In this document: one piece after another, positions 1-14,410 of the stretch | Layout: every line of letters starts with the position of its first letter | How positions within the stretch are numbered: position 1 is the first letter of the stretch | From: Macrostomum lignano | Taxonomy: Eukaryota | Assembly: GCA_002269645.1 (NCBI GenBank) | Contig: NIVC01002691.1 | Location: forward strand, 28,555-92,554 | Direction of reading: 5' to 3' | DNA: 64,000 nucleotides | The notes under the pieces: generated by a model | The model's input: the letters and a program-made list of their open reading frames with translations, nothing else | Told to the model about the DNA's origin: nothing | Database searches by the model: none | Translations under genes and position numbers: made by a program

Positions 1-185
1 TCTCTCCCCCGTCTCTCTCACTTCTCTCTCCCCTGTCTCTCTCACTTCTCTCTCCCCTGTCTCTCTCACTTCTCTCTCCCCTGTCTCCCTCACTTCTCTC
101 TCCCCCGTCTCCCTCACATCTCTCTCCCCCGTCTCCCTCACATCTCTCTCCCCTGTCTCCCTCACATCTCTCTCCCCTGTCTCCC
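1..185. repeat. Pyrimidine-rich minisatellite, ~24-bp unit (CTTCTCTCTCCCCTGTCTCTCTCA), truncated by the window start
   Basis: Direct tandem periodicity visible in the sequence. Confidence 0.9.
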
Positions 186-1092
186 TCAATCTCTTGTTTT
201 CCTCACATCGCGCGCACTGCCTCCGTCACATCTCTGTAAACCCAACAAAGTAAAATACAAATGAATGGCGAATATGCAGCTATGATTTAGCAGCCAGCTT
301 GAAGACAGACTGTAGAGTATCGTGCATGCATAAACTGCTACTTCAAGTAGAGTAATCCAAACACTCGCAGTAAAATTTCTAATAAAACTAGGAATCAAGA
401 TGCCATCGATCTATAACGCAAGAGTAGAATTATGCTATTGATTCACCTAGGACTACACGATTGTTAATTTTGAACAATTTGCCTGTCAGGCACCTGAGTA
501 TACAATCTAGGTTTATGCAAGATAAAGTACACCATTGACAATCAAAGTAAAAATAGAGATTTGGAGTCGCCAAACAAACATCTGGTTGATAAAAAAGCTA
601 AATAAGTTAAACAAGAATAAGCTAAACAAGAATTTTGTTACCGTAATTTTTGTAAACATAATATTCTAACTCATTATTGTTTTCGATCGGTTAGATTATC
701 GATAGAAAACTACTTCAAAGCACAGTCTGATTACGAACGTTATGCAACAATATGCTGTTTTACGAAATGAATAGTCTTATACACATAATTCTAGAATTCA
801 TCATTTTACTAAGAAATTTTTTTGTTGTTTAATTAAAATTAATAAGTAGCTCCTAAAAGTCTTCCCTCAAGCTGCTAGTCGCTGATTGGTTGGCTAATCA
901 GCTGCAGGGGGTGGGGGAGGCCATCTCAGGCCAGTCAGCCAATCAGCTGCAGGAGGGACGAGCCGGAGCTGTCCTGCCCTGCCCTACACCCCCCGACAAG
1001 CCAGCCTGCAGTCGCGGGCCAGATTCGACCATTTATTTTAACTTTCTTACTACAGGCAGAGGCTGTGTGCACCCTGGTGAACTTTAAGCGAC

Positions 1093-1312
1093 ATGTAATC
1101 CCACCTTGCCTGTGCGCCTCGTCTATTCCTCCAGTGTTAAATGAGCGGTGATAATCAGTAAGCGTAACTCCGCTACCATAGACAAACCAACTCATTATCT
1201 CCGCTAGCCATGTATGGCACGAAGCAAAGCGTTGTTTTGTTACGCTACTGATTATTCCGCTCATTTAACACTGGAGGAATAGACGAGGCGCACAGGCAAG
1301 GTGGGATTACAT
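1093..1312. mobile_element. MITE-like palindromic element (~220 bp)
   Basis: 1093-1148 (ATGTAATCCCACCTTGCCTGTGCGCC...AAATGAGCGG) is the exact reverse complement of 1257-1312, with about 20 more imperfectly paired bases inward. No coding capacity; TSD ambiguous (TA possible). Confidence 0.65.
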
Positions 1313-1884
1313 TACTGCCCATTCCACCGACTCTCCTGAGCAGGCACACGAACGCGCGGATCTACAGCAGCCCTAAACTTTATTCAAGATCGTTAAGCAT
1401 GTATACTTCACTGTGCCTTGGGGGTTGGCCCTCAAGGGCATTAATTGCACGAGCAGAGCCAAGCCGAGATTCCAATTTAGCCTCAAATTAATGTGACTGC
1501 ACTTGGAATCGAGCCTGGGCCGCTTGCACATCAGAGCGCCGCAATAGACCCCTAGGCTAGGGCCCCGAACCATTTCCCTATTGCTACTAGAATTAAAGTG
1601 CAAACAATTTGGCCTTCCAAACAAATTTGTTTATGGCAGAACCGCATTCGAGGTTAAGCAAAAAGTGAATCATTGTCAAATCCATTTAAGAAGCTTTTGC
1701 TTCATTAGGAATCCAAAGGTCCAGGAGCTTCCGTTCCCCGAGCTCCTGTGGAATAAATAAGACAGATGGGATAAATTTGATGATTGCCAATTGGAATAAA
1801 ATGGGGACCCCCCTATTCGTGCTAAATCGCGAGTTTCAGAGTACACCGTATACTTTTTTTGTTGTCCTTGGAGCTTCGGCAGCG

Positions 1885-2907
1885 TCAAGACCACCAGACA
1901 GCCGATGCCAGCAGCCGTCTTGCCCGCTCCCTCAGCCGCGGCCTGGCTGCCACCTGGATGTAAAACCCCGCCGAACAGTCCAATGACAGCAGCAGCACGC
2001 CGATGTAGTACAGAGCCAGCCGGACCATCACGCACTCGTTCTGCCGGCGCAACTCCCACAGGAATCTGCCCAGCTGGCAGACGGCAAAGGCCACCGTCAT
2101 GGGAATCAGCACTCGAAGTCCGCCGAGCTTCTTGACGCCGCTGTTGTTGCCGCCGCCGTTGAAGACGCGACTTGAGCCGGGCGGCTGGAAGCTGTTGATT
2201 CTACGGGACACGGAGATCGCTAGAAGGACGTTCGCGGACAGACAGACAGCGATGGGCAGCGCCACCAGAAGGGCGCTCTGCAGCGCGAAGTTCAGCGTCG
2301 GGTGAAAGTCGGTGAAGTCAAAGTACAGCCGCATCCGGCAGGCCTCCAGCCGGCGCGGCAGGCAGATGGTCAGCTCGGCCTTGGAGACCAGAGCGATGCG
2401 GGCGGCAGCGACAAGGGGCAGGATGAGCAGCACGGCGCCGGCGACCCACGGCAGCAGTCGGCAGCTGACTGTGCAGCTGGCATTGTCGGACCGCTTGGCG
2501 AGGCACCAGGCACGGTTCAGGACTGCAAAGATCGTCAGGCACAGCCGGGTGGTGTCAGCGCCAATCTGCAGCATCGACATCGGCGTGTGCACGTAGGCGA
2601 CGTACACCAACCAGGAGCTGGGCACCGCGCTGGCGTACTCGATCAGATGCATCCAGCAGTCGTTGGTGTGCAGCACCAGAGCCAACACGTCGAACAGCGC
2701 CGTCAGCCGCATGATTCGCCAGAACAGCAGCTTCTCGGCTCTCAGCAGGCTGACCAGCAGCAGGTTGCCAACCGTGCCCAGCGCGAACACCAGCAGCTGG
2801 ACGATGCAGAGGGCCACAATGACATAGTCGATGCTGAATGACCGGCCGTGGTCTCTGCCTTCGCTGCTGCTGTTCCGGTACGTCACCAGGATCAGAATCA
2901 GAGCCAT
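1885..2907 (-). CDS. Class A (rhodopsin-like) 7TM GPCR, divergent peptide-receptor-like; first ATG at 2907, true 5' end uncertain
   Basis: Seven hydrophobic segments: TM1 GTVGNLLL, TM2 LTALFD, TM3 ending LNRAWCL (DRY position), TM4 LLPWV, TM5 ALPIAV, TM6 AFAVCQL, TM7 LDCSAGFYI. GC-rich coding-like composition. Confidence 0.7.
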   Translation of the reverse strand: MALILILVTYRNSSSEGRDHGRSFSIDYVIVALCIVQLLVFALGTVGNLLLVSLLRAEKLLFWRIMRLTALFDVLALVLHTNDCWMHLIEYASAVPSSWLVYVAYVHTPMSMLQIGADTTRLCLTIFAVLNRAWCLAKRSDNASCTVSCRLLPWVAGAVLLILPLVAAARIALVSKAELTICLPRRLEACRMRLYFDFTDFHPTLNFALQSALLVALPIAVCLSANVLLAISVSRRINSFQPPGSSRVFNGGGNNSGVKKLGGLRVLIPMTVAFAVCQLGRFLWELRRQNECVMVRLALYYIGVLLLSLDCSAGFYIQVAARPRLRERARRLLASAVWWS

Positions 2908-3285
2908 GATCCGGGTCGACTGAGCTGAGGTCAAACAGGTGTTTTTGTCTCCATTGCTTCTTACCTATACATCTGTGTACAGAGACTGGGCTTATCGTTG
3001 TGATAACGGCTTAACGGGCCCTGATTTCATGATTTACAAGCGCCCTGCCAGCGCCTATCCATGTGAAACTGCAGAGTTCGAGCTTGCCAGACGGAATTAT
3101 TTATAAATGTCAACTCTCGACAAGATAAAACAAAAACGCGTTTAAACAGTTCCGTAAATAGAATATTTGTAATCAGCCAGTGAGATAAAGGTTTCCTTGG
3201 CGGATCAGATTTTTACAGAACTTTTGCGCGTTTTATTTTAGGTCCTCAATCCGGAGGCAATGAAATGTGAAATTTCATATTCTGC

Positions 3286-4302
3286 GGTGGGTCAGTGGGT
3301 TATGGATAGTCACCATTCATGCAGCTTTAGTAGGTCAGTGGGTCATGGATAGTCAGCATTCATACAGATGCAGTGGGTCAGTGGGTCATGGATAGTCAGC
3401 ATTCATATAGATGCAGTGGGTCAGTGGGTCATGATAGTCAGCATTCATACAGATGCAGTGGGTCAGTGGGTCATGGATAGTCAGCATTCATACAGATGCA
3501 GTGGGTCAGTGGGTCATGATAGTCAGCATTCATACAGATGCAGTGGGTCAGTGGGTCATGGATAGTCAGCATTCATACAGATGCAGTGGGTCAGTGGGTC
3601 ATGGATAGTCAGCATTCATACAGATGCAGTGGGTCAGTGGGTCATGGATAGTCAGCATTCATACAGATGCAGTGGGTCAGTGGGTCATGATAGTCAGCAT
3701 TCATGCAGATGCAGTGGGTCAGTGGGTCATGATAGTCAGCATTCATACAGATGCAGTGGGTCAGTGGGTCATGATAGTCAGCATTGGTACAGATGCAGTG
3801 GGTCAGTGGGTCATGATAGTCAGCATTCATGCAGATGCAGTGGGTCAGTGGGTCATGATAGTCAGCATTCATACAGATGCAGTGGGTCAGTGGGTCATGA
3901 TAGTCAGCATTCATACAGATGCAGTGGGTCAGTGGGTCATGATAGTCAGCATTCATGCAGATGCAGTGGGTCAGTGGGTCATGGATAGTCAGCATTCATA
4001 CAGATGCAGTGGGTCAGTGGGTCATGATAGTCAGCATTCATACAGATGCAGTGGGTCAGTGGGTCATGATAGTCAGCATTCATACAGATGCAGTGGGTCA
4101 GTGGGTCATGATAGTCAGCATTCATACAGATGCAGTGGGTCAGTGGGTCATGATAGTCAGCATTCATACAGATGCAGTGGGTCAGTGGGTCATGATAGTC
4201 AGCATTCATGCAGATGCAGTGGGTCAGTGGGTCATGATAGTCAGCATTCATACAGATGCAGTGGGTCAGTGGGTCATGGATAGTCAGCATTGGTACAGAT
4301 GC
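3286..4302. repeat. Minisatellite, 42/43-bp unit (GATGCAGTGGGTCAGTGGGTCATG[G]ATAGTCAGCATTCATACA), ~24 copies
   Basis: Direct tandem periodicity; 14-aa periodicity in the ORF track. Confidence 0.95.
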
Positions 4303-4774
4303 GCTGTGAGTCAACAGCATCTGAGTAGATACATGTAGTAAAGAAAAAGCAATAATGTCCAAAAGTATTTGATACTGCTTATTATTAAAGTGCATTGTAT
4401 TTCCGTGGCCAGAAGAGAAGAGACTTGCCTGCAAACAAAGTGAATAACTATGAGTATTAAAGGGCCTGATTACCTGCACCATGAATCCTGGATTTAGAAG
4501 CTACTTACGTAGTTAAGCATGCATTCAAGGTAATGCGTAAATTTAACGTTATTCAAGACAGTTCTCATGCTGATATACTGCTAACAGTAGTAAATGTGAT
4601 TTGCACTAAAAACTGTTTGAAAACGGATGCTAAATTCAACAGTTCAAGCATTGAGTATTTCAGTTTTAATTTTCACATGTAAAATCCACGAGTCGCAAAG
4701 TAGCATTGTACTACTGCTAGTAGCAAGCACGAGTTAGTAGGCTTTTCTCATGATTCCAGAGCAAAATTGAATCT

Positions 4775-7883
<3,109 letters not shown>

Positions 7884-7954
7884 TCAAGATTGAGGTTGCT
7901 GTATGCGAAAGCTGGAAAGCTCTGTGATTTCCTATGGGCTGTTCTGAATGCATC

Positions 7955-8263
7955 CATGTCTAAAGTGGCGCCTCCCACCATGCCTAAAGTGGCGCCTCTC
8001 ACCATCCCGAAAGTGGCGCCTTTCACCATCCTGAAAGTGGCGCCTCTCACCATCCCGAAAGTGGTGGCACCTCTCACCATCTCGAAAGTGGCGCCTCTCA
8101 CCATGCCTAATGTGGCGCCTCTCACCATGCCTAAAGTGGCGCCTCTCACCATGCCTAAAGTGGCGCCTCTCACCATGCCTAAAGTGGCGCCTCTCACCAT
8201 CTCGAAAGTGGCGCCTCTAACCATGTTTAAAGTGGCGCCTCTCACCATGCCTAAAGTGGCGCC
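7955..8263. repeat. 24-bp minisatellite (AAAGTGGCGCCTCTCACCATGCCT) ~100 bp upstream of the tubulin ATG
   Basis: Direct tandem periodicity; 8-aa periodicity in the ORF track. Confidence 0.92.
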
Positions 8264-9012
8264 AGAACTTAGTGGCTCATAGAGCACCTATTGATATATA
8301 CATAAACATAATTATTATAATGACAAATGCAGCCCTGTCAGTATTGAGCTTACCTTGTCAAAATTATCCGAATTATACACCCTAAAACGGTAATAAAAAA
8401 GGCGAGACCGGAAAGCGAAACTCACAGACGGAGTTGCTTCAAGGGCTATTTATTCGCCTCTCTCTAAATACAGCGAACGATCCACGGGTGCAGAGACTGA
8501 GTTATCCAGACTGGGAAAGAGCCAGCAATTAAATAATCTGAAAGGATCTTTTATTCCGTTGTTTCCAGCTGATAAGCGGAAGGATTCTCGATGTGCACGC
8601 GCAATTGAAAAAAAGAATCTAATCTAGCATGAACAGGATCTGTAATGCATGTAACTCTTTTAGAAACTAATTGATTGATCTTGCGCAGTTCATTGCAAAG
8701 TTATACGGAGCAGGGCATGTCTCTGCGACATTTCCTGCGCTTGCTTTCGCTCTGTTTGCATTTCATGTGACTAAATTGCAGTCAGAATTGACTTCTAAGC
8801 ATGAAGCTTGTATAGAAAAAAAGAAACTTGAAAAATTTCGATCTTTTTAAGCTGGGAAAAGCAGATAAAACCATAGCCTGGTCTGTTCTGTTCCTTTGCT
8901 GTGTCGAAGAGAAGTTTTTTCTTTGACTTTCTCAGTTTTGTAGAAGTTTTTATTTACATTTGATTCTCATATCTGACAGAGCCCAGAGAAAATGAAAGAA
9001 GTAAGGTGGGAG

Positions 9013-9372
9013 AGGCAGTGGGAGGGTATGGGAGCGGCAGTGAGAGGGTATGGGAGAGGGTATGGGAGCGGCAGTGAGGGTATGGGAGCGGGCAATGAGA
9101 GGGTATGGGAGAGGGTATGGGAGCGGCAGTGAGGGTATGGGAGCGGGCAATGAGAGGGTATGGGAGGGAGTAGAGAGGGTATGGGAGCGGCAATGAGAGG
9201 GTATGGGAGCGGCAGTGAGAGGGTATGGGAGCGGCAATGAGAGGGTATGGGAGCGGCAGTGAGAGGGTATGGGAGCGGCAATGAGAGGGTATGGGAGCGG
9301 CAGTGAGAGGGTATGGGAGCGGCAATGAGAGGGTATGGGACCGGCAGTGAGAGGGTATGGGAGCGGCAGCGG
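9013..9372. repeat. ~22-bp G-rich minisatellite (GAGAGGGTATGGGAGCGGCAGT)
   Basis: Direct tandem periodicity. Confidence 0.92.
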
Positions 9373-9940
9373 CAGTCAAAAAGCAGAGTTAATTAGATAA
9401 TTCAACTTTCTGGTCCAACTGTTGCCAGAGTGAGTGAAGGATCACTGCAGCTTACTGTATGTGCTATGCATGCGTGAATAAGATTTCTATATCTGTTAAA
9501 TGTTTATTCTTCACGGAGAAATTGGTGCATTAAAAGAGCTCGTCCCGACCGCAGAGACATCCGGTTTCATTTTTTTTTCTGCTCCAACACTCGAAATTAA
9601 TGGCCTTAATATGCGAGGCTTCTGGGTAAAAAAGCAATTTATTAAAGTTTATTTTTCTTACGCTCGACTGGAACGAATACTCGTAAGAATGACTCATCAT
9701 CTATTGCGCCGGAGTGCTAAATGAACTGAAGCCAATAACCTCAACTGCGCAGCAGCAGCAAACTAATGTTCTTCTGCGATTGACAAAGTTTCAACTAAAT
9801 CACTTGTACAGCAGCTGCAGACACTTTGGAGTGACCTTCTTTGTCTGCTTTACTAACTTTCCTATTGTTTAGAAAACTATAAGGGGTTTTAGAAATATTA
9901 GTTGAAGACTATGGCATCACCTAGAAATAGGAGTCACTCA

Positions 9941-12195
9941 TCTGTAGGATCTGGGAGAGTGACGGGTTCATCCACCTGTAGGATCTGGGAGAGTGACCCA
10001 CCTGTAGGATCTGGGAGAGTGACCCACCTGTAGGATCTGGGAGAGTGACCCACCTGTAGGATCTGGGAGAGTGACCCACCTGTATGATCTGGGAGAGTGA
10101 CCCACCTGTATGATCTGGGAGAGTGACCCACCTGTAGGATCTGGGAGAGTGACCCACCTGTAGGATCTGGGAGAGTGACCCACCTGTAGGATCTGGGAGA
10201 GTGACCCACCTGTAGGATTTGGGAGAGTGACCCAACTGTAGGATCTGGGAGAGTGACGGGTTCATCCACCTGTAGGATTTGGGAGAGTGACGGGTTCATC
10301 CACCTGTAGGATTTGGGAGAGTGACTGGTTCATCCACCTGTAGGATTTGGGAGAGTTACCCACTTGTAGAATCTGGGAGAGTGACCCACCTGTAGGATCT
10401 GGGAGAGTGACCCACCTGTAGGATCTGGGAGAGTGACCCACCTGTAGGATCTGGGAGAGTGACCCACCTGTATGATCTGGGAGAGTGACCCACCTGTAGG
10501 ATCTGGGAGAGTGACCCACCTGTAGGATCTGGGAGAGTGACCCACCTGTAGGATTCGGGAGAGTGACCCAACTGTAGGATCTGGGAGAGTGACGGGTTCA
10601 TCCACCAGTAGGATCCGGGAGAGTGACGGGTTCATCCACCTGTAGGATCTGAGAGAGTGACGGGTTCATCCACCTGTAGGATTTGGGAGAGTGACGGGTT
10701 CATCCACCTGTAGGATTTGGGAGAGTGACGGGTTCATCCACCTGTAGGATTTGGGAGAGTGACGGGTTCATCCACCTGTAGGATTTGGGAGAGTGACGGG
10801 TTCATCCACCTGTAGGATTTGGGAGAGTGACGGGTTCATCCACCTGTAGGATTTGGGAGAGTGACGGGTTCATCCACCTGTAGGATTTGGGAGAGTGACG
10901 GGTTCATCCACCTGTAGGATTTGGGAGAGTGACTGGTTCATCCACCTGTAGGATTTGGGAGAGTGACCCACCTGTAGGATCTGGAAGAGCGACCCACTTG
11001 TAGGATCTGGGAGAGTGACCCACCTGTATGATCTGGGAGAGTGACCCAACTGTAGGATCTGGGAGAGTGACGGGTTCATCCACCTGTAGGATCTGGGAGA
11101 GTGACCCACCTGTAGGATTTGGGAGAGTGACCCAACTGTAGGATCTGGGAGAGTGACGGGTTCATCCACCAGTAGGATCCGGGAGAGTGACGGGTTCATC
11201 CACCTGTAGGATCTGAGAGAGTGACGGGTTCATCCACCTGTAGGATTTGGGAGAGTGACGGGTTCATCCAACTGTAGGATTTGGGAGAGTGACGGGTTCA
11301 TCCACCTGTAGGATTTGGGAGAGTGACGGGTTCATCCACCTGTAGGATTTGGGAGAGTGACGGGTTCATCCACCTGTAGGATTTGGGAGAGTGACCCACC
11401 TGTAGGATCTGGGAGAGTGACCCACCTGTAGGATTTGGGAGAGTGACCCAACTGTAGGATATGGGAGAGTGACGGGTTCATCCACCTGTAGGATTTGGGA
11501 GAGTGACGGGTTCATCCACCTGTAGGATTTGGGAGAGTGACCCACCTGTAGGATCTGGGAGAGTGACCCACCTGTAGGATTTGGGAGAGTGACCCAACTG
11601 TAGGATATGGGAGAGTGACGGGTTCATCCACCTGTAGGATCTGAGAGAGTGACGGGTTCATCCACCTGTAGGATTTGGGAGAGTGACGGGTTCATCCACC
11701 TGTAGGATTTGGGAGAGTGACGGGTTCATCCACCTCTAGGATTTGGGAGAGTGACGGGTTCATCCACCTATAGAATTTGGGAGAGTGACTGGTTCATCCA
11801 CCTGTAGGATTTGGGAGAGTTACCCACTTGTAGAATCTGGGAGAGTGACTCACCTGTAGGATCTGGGAGAGTGACCCACCTGTAGGATTTGGGAGAGTGA
11901 CCCAACTGTAGGATCCGGGAGAGTGACCCACCTGTAGGATTTGGGAGAGTGACCCAACTGTAGGATCTGGGAGAGTGACGGGTTCATCCACCTGTAGGAT
12001 CCGGGAGAGTGACGGGTTCATCCACCTGTAGGATTTGGGAGAGTGACGGGTTCACCGACCTGTAGGATCCGGGAGAGTGACGGGTTCACCCAACTGTAGG
12101 ATCCGGGAGAGTGACAGGTTCACCCACCTGTAGGATCCGGGAGAATGACAGGTTCACCCACCTGTAGGATCCGGGAGAATGACAGTTCACCCACC
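9941..12195. repeat. Minisatellite mixing 26-bp (CCACCTGTAGGATCTGGGAGAGTGAC) and 34-bp (plus GGGTTCAT) units
   Basis: Direct tandem periodicity with two interspersed length variants. Confidence 0.95.
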
Positions 12196-12950
12196 AAAGT
12201 AAAGCTAGTCAAAGTAAATATATTTAAACAAGCATAGATCCTGTAGACCAACTTGGCAGAAAAATTTATAAATCATAAAGGCTGAATCTGAATGATACTC
12301 GTAGATGTACAAACTAGAAACAGTAAACCACAGGTGCAACAGTGTATTGCGCCAAATACAAGCAGCCAGTTAATTATATATATTTTTTGCTTTACAAAGC
12401 AATCTAAAAAGATTTGTTGCAGAGGCAGAAAGGTGAATGGAAAAATATGCAATGCGCAAGTGTACTCGCATAATTTATACCAAGGGCCTATTAAATTTCA
12501 AACAAAAATCTACATACATCTTATAATATTACTGATGACAGAGAAACAGTAGTATGTAATGAAGATAAAGGTGAAACTTATGTTAAATACTCAACTTTTT
12601 ACTAGAAACTCAACCCTTTATAAATACTTCATATTAAATCCCGACAAAATCAAAGGAAACCAATAAAATATACAATCAACTTACACAAACGTCTCAACTC
12701 CTTGGAGTAAGTAGTTAATGTCAGTTTCGAAATCATACTTGTCATAACCTGCCACTATTTTGCAAAATATGTAATCGAAATGTCAAGACCAACTATGAGT
12801 TTTTTGTTTATAATTTACAATGCAAAAAGAACAGGCAATATTACAAAATAGTATAAGAACATTGTTCGGTTAAGAATTGTGTTAACAATGACACTTGTAA
12901 TATTTAGGAACTTGAAGCAAAAACAGGAACCTAAACGCCTGTGGACAGTG

Positions 12951-13550
12951 CGGGCTGTGACTGAAGGCCTGAAGACAGAACGGGGCTGCGACTGAAGGCT
13001 CTGAGGACAGGGCGGGACTGTGACTGAATGTTTTGAGGACAGGGCGGGTATGTGACTGAAGGCTCTGAGGACAGGGCGGGTATGTGACTGAATGTTTTGA
13101 GGACAGGGCGGGACTGTGACTGAATGTTTTGAGGACAGGGCGGGTATGTGACTGAAGGCTCTGAGGACAGGGCGGGTATGTGACTGAATGTTTTGAGGAC
13201 AGGGCGGGACTGTGACTGAATGTTTTGAGGACAGGGCGGGTATGTGACTGAAGGCTCTGAGGACAGGGCGGGACTGTGACTGAATGTTTTGAGGACAGGG
13301 CGGGACTGTGACTGAATGTTTTGAGGACAGGGCGGGTATGTGACTGAATGTTTTGAGGACAGGGCGGGACTGTGACTGAATGTTTTGAGGACAGGGCGGG
13401 TATGTGACTGAAGGCTCTGAGGACAGGGCGCGACTGTGACTGAAGGCTCTGAGGACAGGGCGGGACTGTGACTGAAAGCTCTGAGGACAGGGCGGGACTG
13501 TGACTGAAGGCTCTGAGGACAGGGCGGGACTGTGACTGAAGGCTCTGAGA
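12951..13550. repeat. 32-bp minisatellite (GACTGAAGGCTCTGAGGACAGGGCGGGACTGT)
   Basis: Direct tandem periodicity with two dimorphic sites. Confidence 0.93.
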
Positions 13551-14239
13551 ACGGGTATACCCTGCACATGCGTGCCTAACTATCAAGATAAAATAAGAAC
13601 ACAAAAATCAGATTAAAGCAGATTAGGTCTAGTTAAAGTCCAATAAACAAAATGCTGCTTAGTAATTCAATAACAACCAGATTTTGATTAAAATTGAATT
13701 CAATGTCAAATACAGTACAGCCATGTCACACACTACTTCGAGTATTATCTGGTGCATCCAGAGGGTCATTAAAAAGATTGATACCATGCCAATCTAAATT
13801 ATAAAGGAAATTGATTGATAAATATCATATAATAAGATTTACAAGGAAATTAGTTCGCTATTTTGCTTACTATTAAGTAGCAATCAATGGTTATTCGACA
13901 AAAATAGTTTGTTTTTGTTACTTTTTAAATAGGCGCCAAAATTCGGGTTATAGCTAGCAACAAACAAATTTACTGATTGATTTCTGACTGAAGTTTAGCG
14001 CCAATTTCATCCCAGGTACTAAAATAACTGTGCCACTCACAATTAAAAATGTTAACAGCAGAGCGTCTACTTATTCTTCAGTAGCTTGTCTGTGCAGTGT
14101 AACTTATTTTAATGTGAGAGTTATAATTTCCTTTCCTTCCTCGCAGGGTTTGTACTTTGTAGTCTCAAAAGCATATATGGGGTTGCGAATGAACAAGCAT
14201 TTAACTCGATTAAACTCGGACACAAGTAAAGCAAGACGG

Positions 14240-14410
14240 ACGAATCTCAGTCTAGGGGGGCAGGCCCAGTCTAGCTCAGCCAATGAGAGGGCAGTAAGGA
14301 GAGAGGCCCAAGTCAGACAGACGAAACTCAGTCTAGGGGACAGGCCCAATCTGGCTCAGCCAATGAGAGAGCAGTAAGGAGAGAGGCCCAAGTCAGACAG
14401 ACGAAACTCA
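14240..14410. repeat. ~80-bp tandem repeat (AGTCTAGGGGACAGGCCCAATCTGGCTCAGCCAATGAGAG...GAAACTC), resuming at 15506-15600 after an insertion
   Basis: The unit GAAACTCAGTCTAGGGG is split at 14410 and continues at 15506. Confidence 0.85.

Noticed and set aside
880-960. Inverted CCAAT-containing motifs (GCTGATTGG / CCAATCAGC) as a promoter or MITE
   Set aside because: Short match with no associated gene start or defined termini.
3286-4302. CRISPR-like appearance of regularly spaced repeats (also other arrays)
   Set aside because: Units are head-to-tail with no unique spacers, there are no cas genes, and the context is eukaryotic.
9941-12195. E-box (CACCTG) cluster as a regulatory element
   Set aside because: A 6-bp motif in a repeat unit is too likely by chance, and nothing else supports it.
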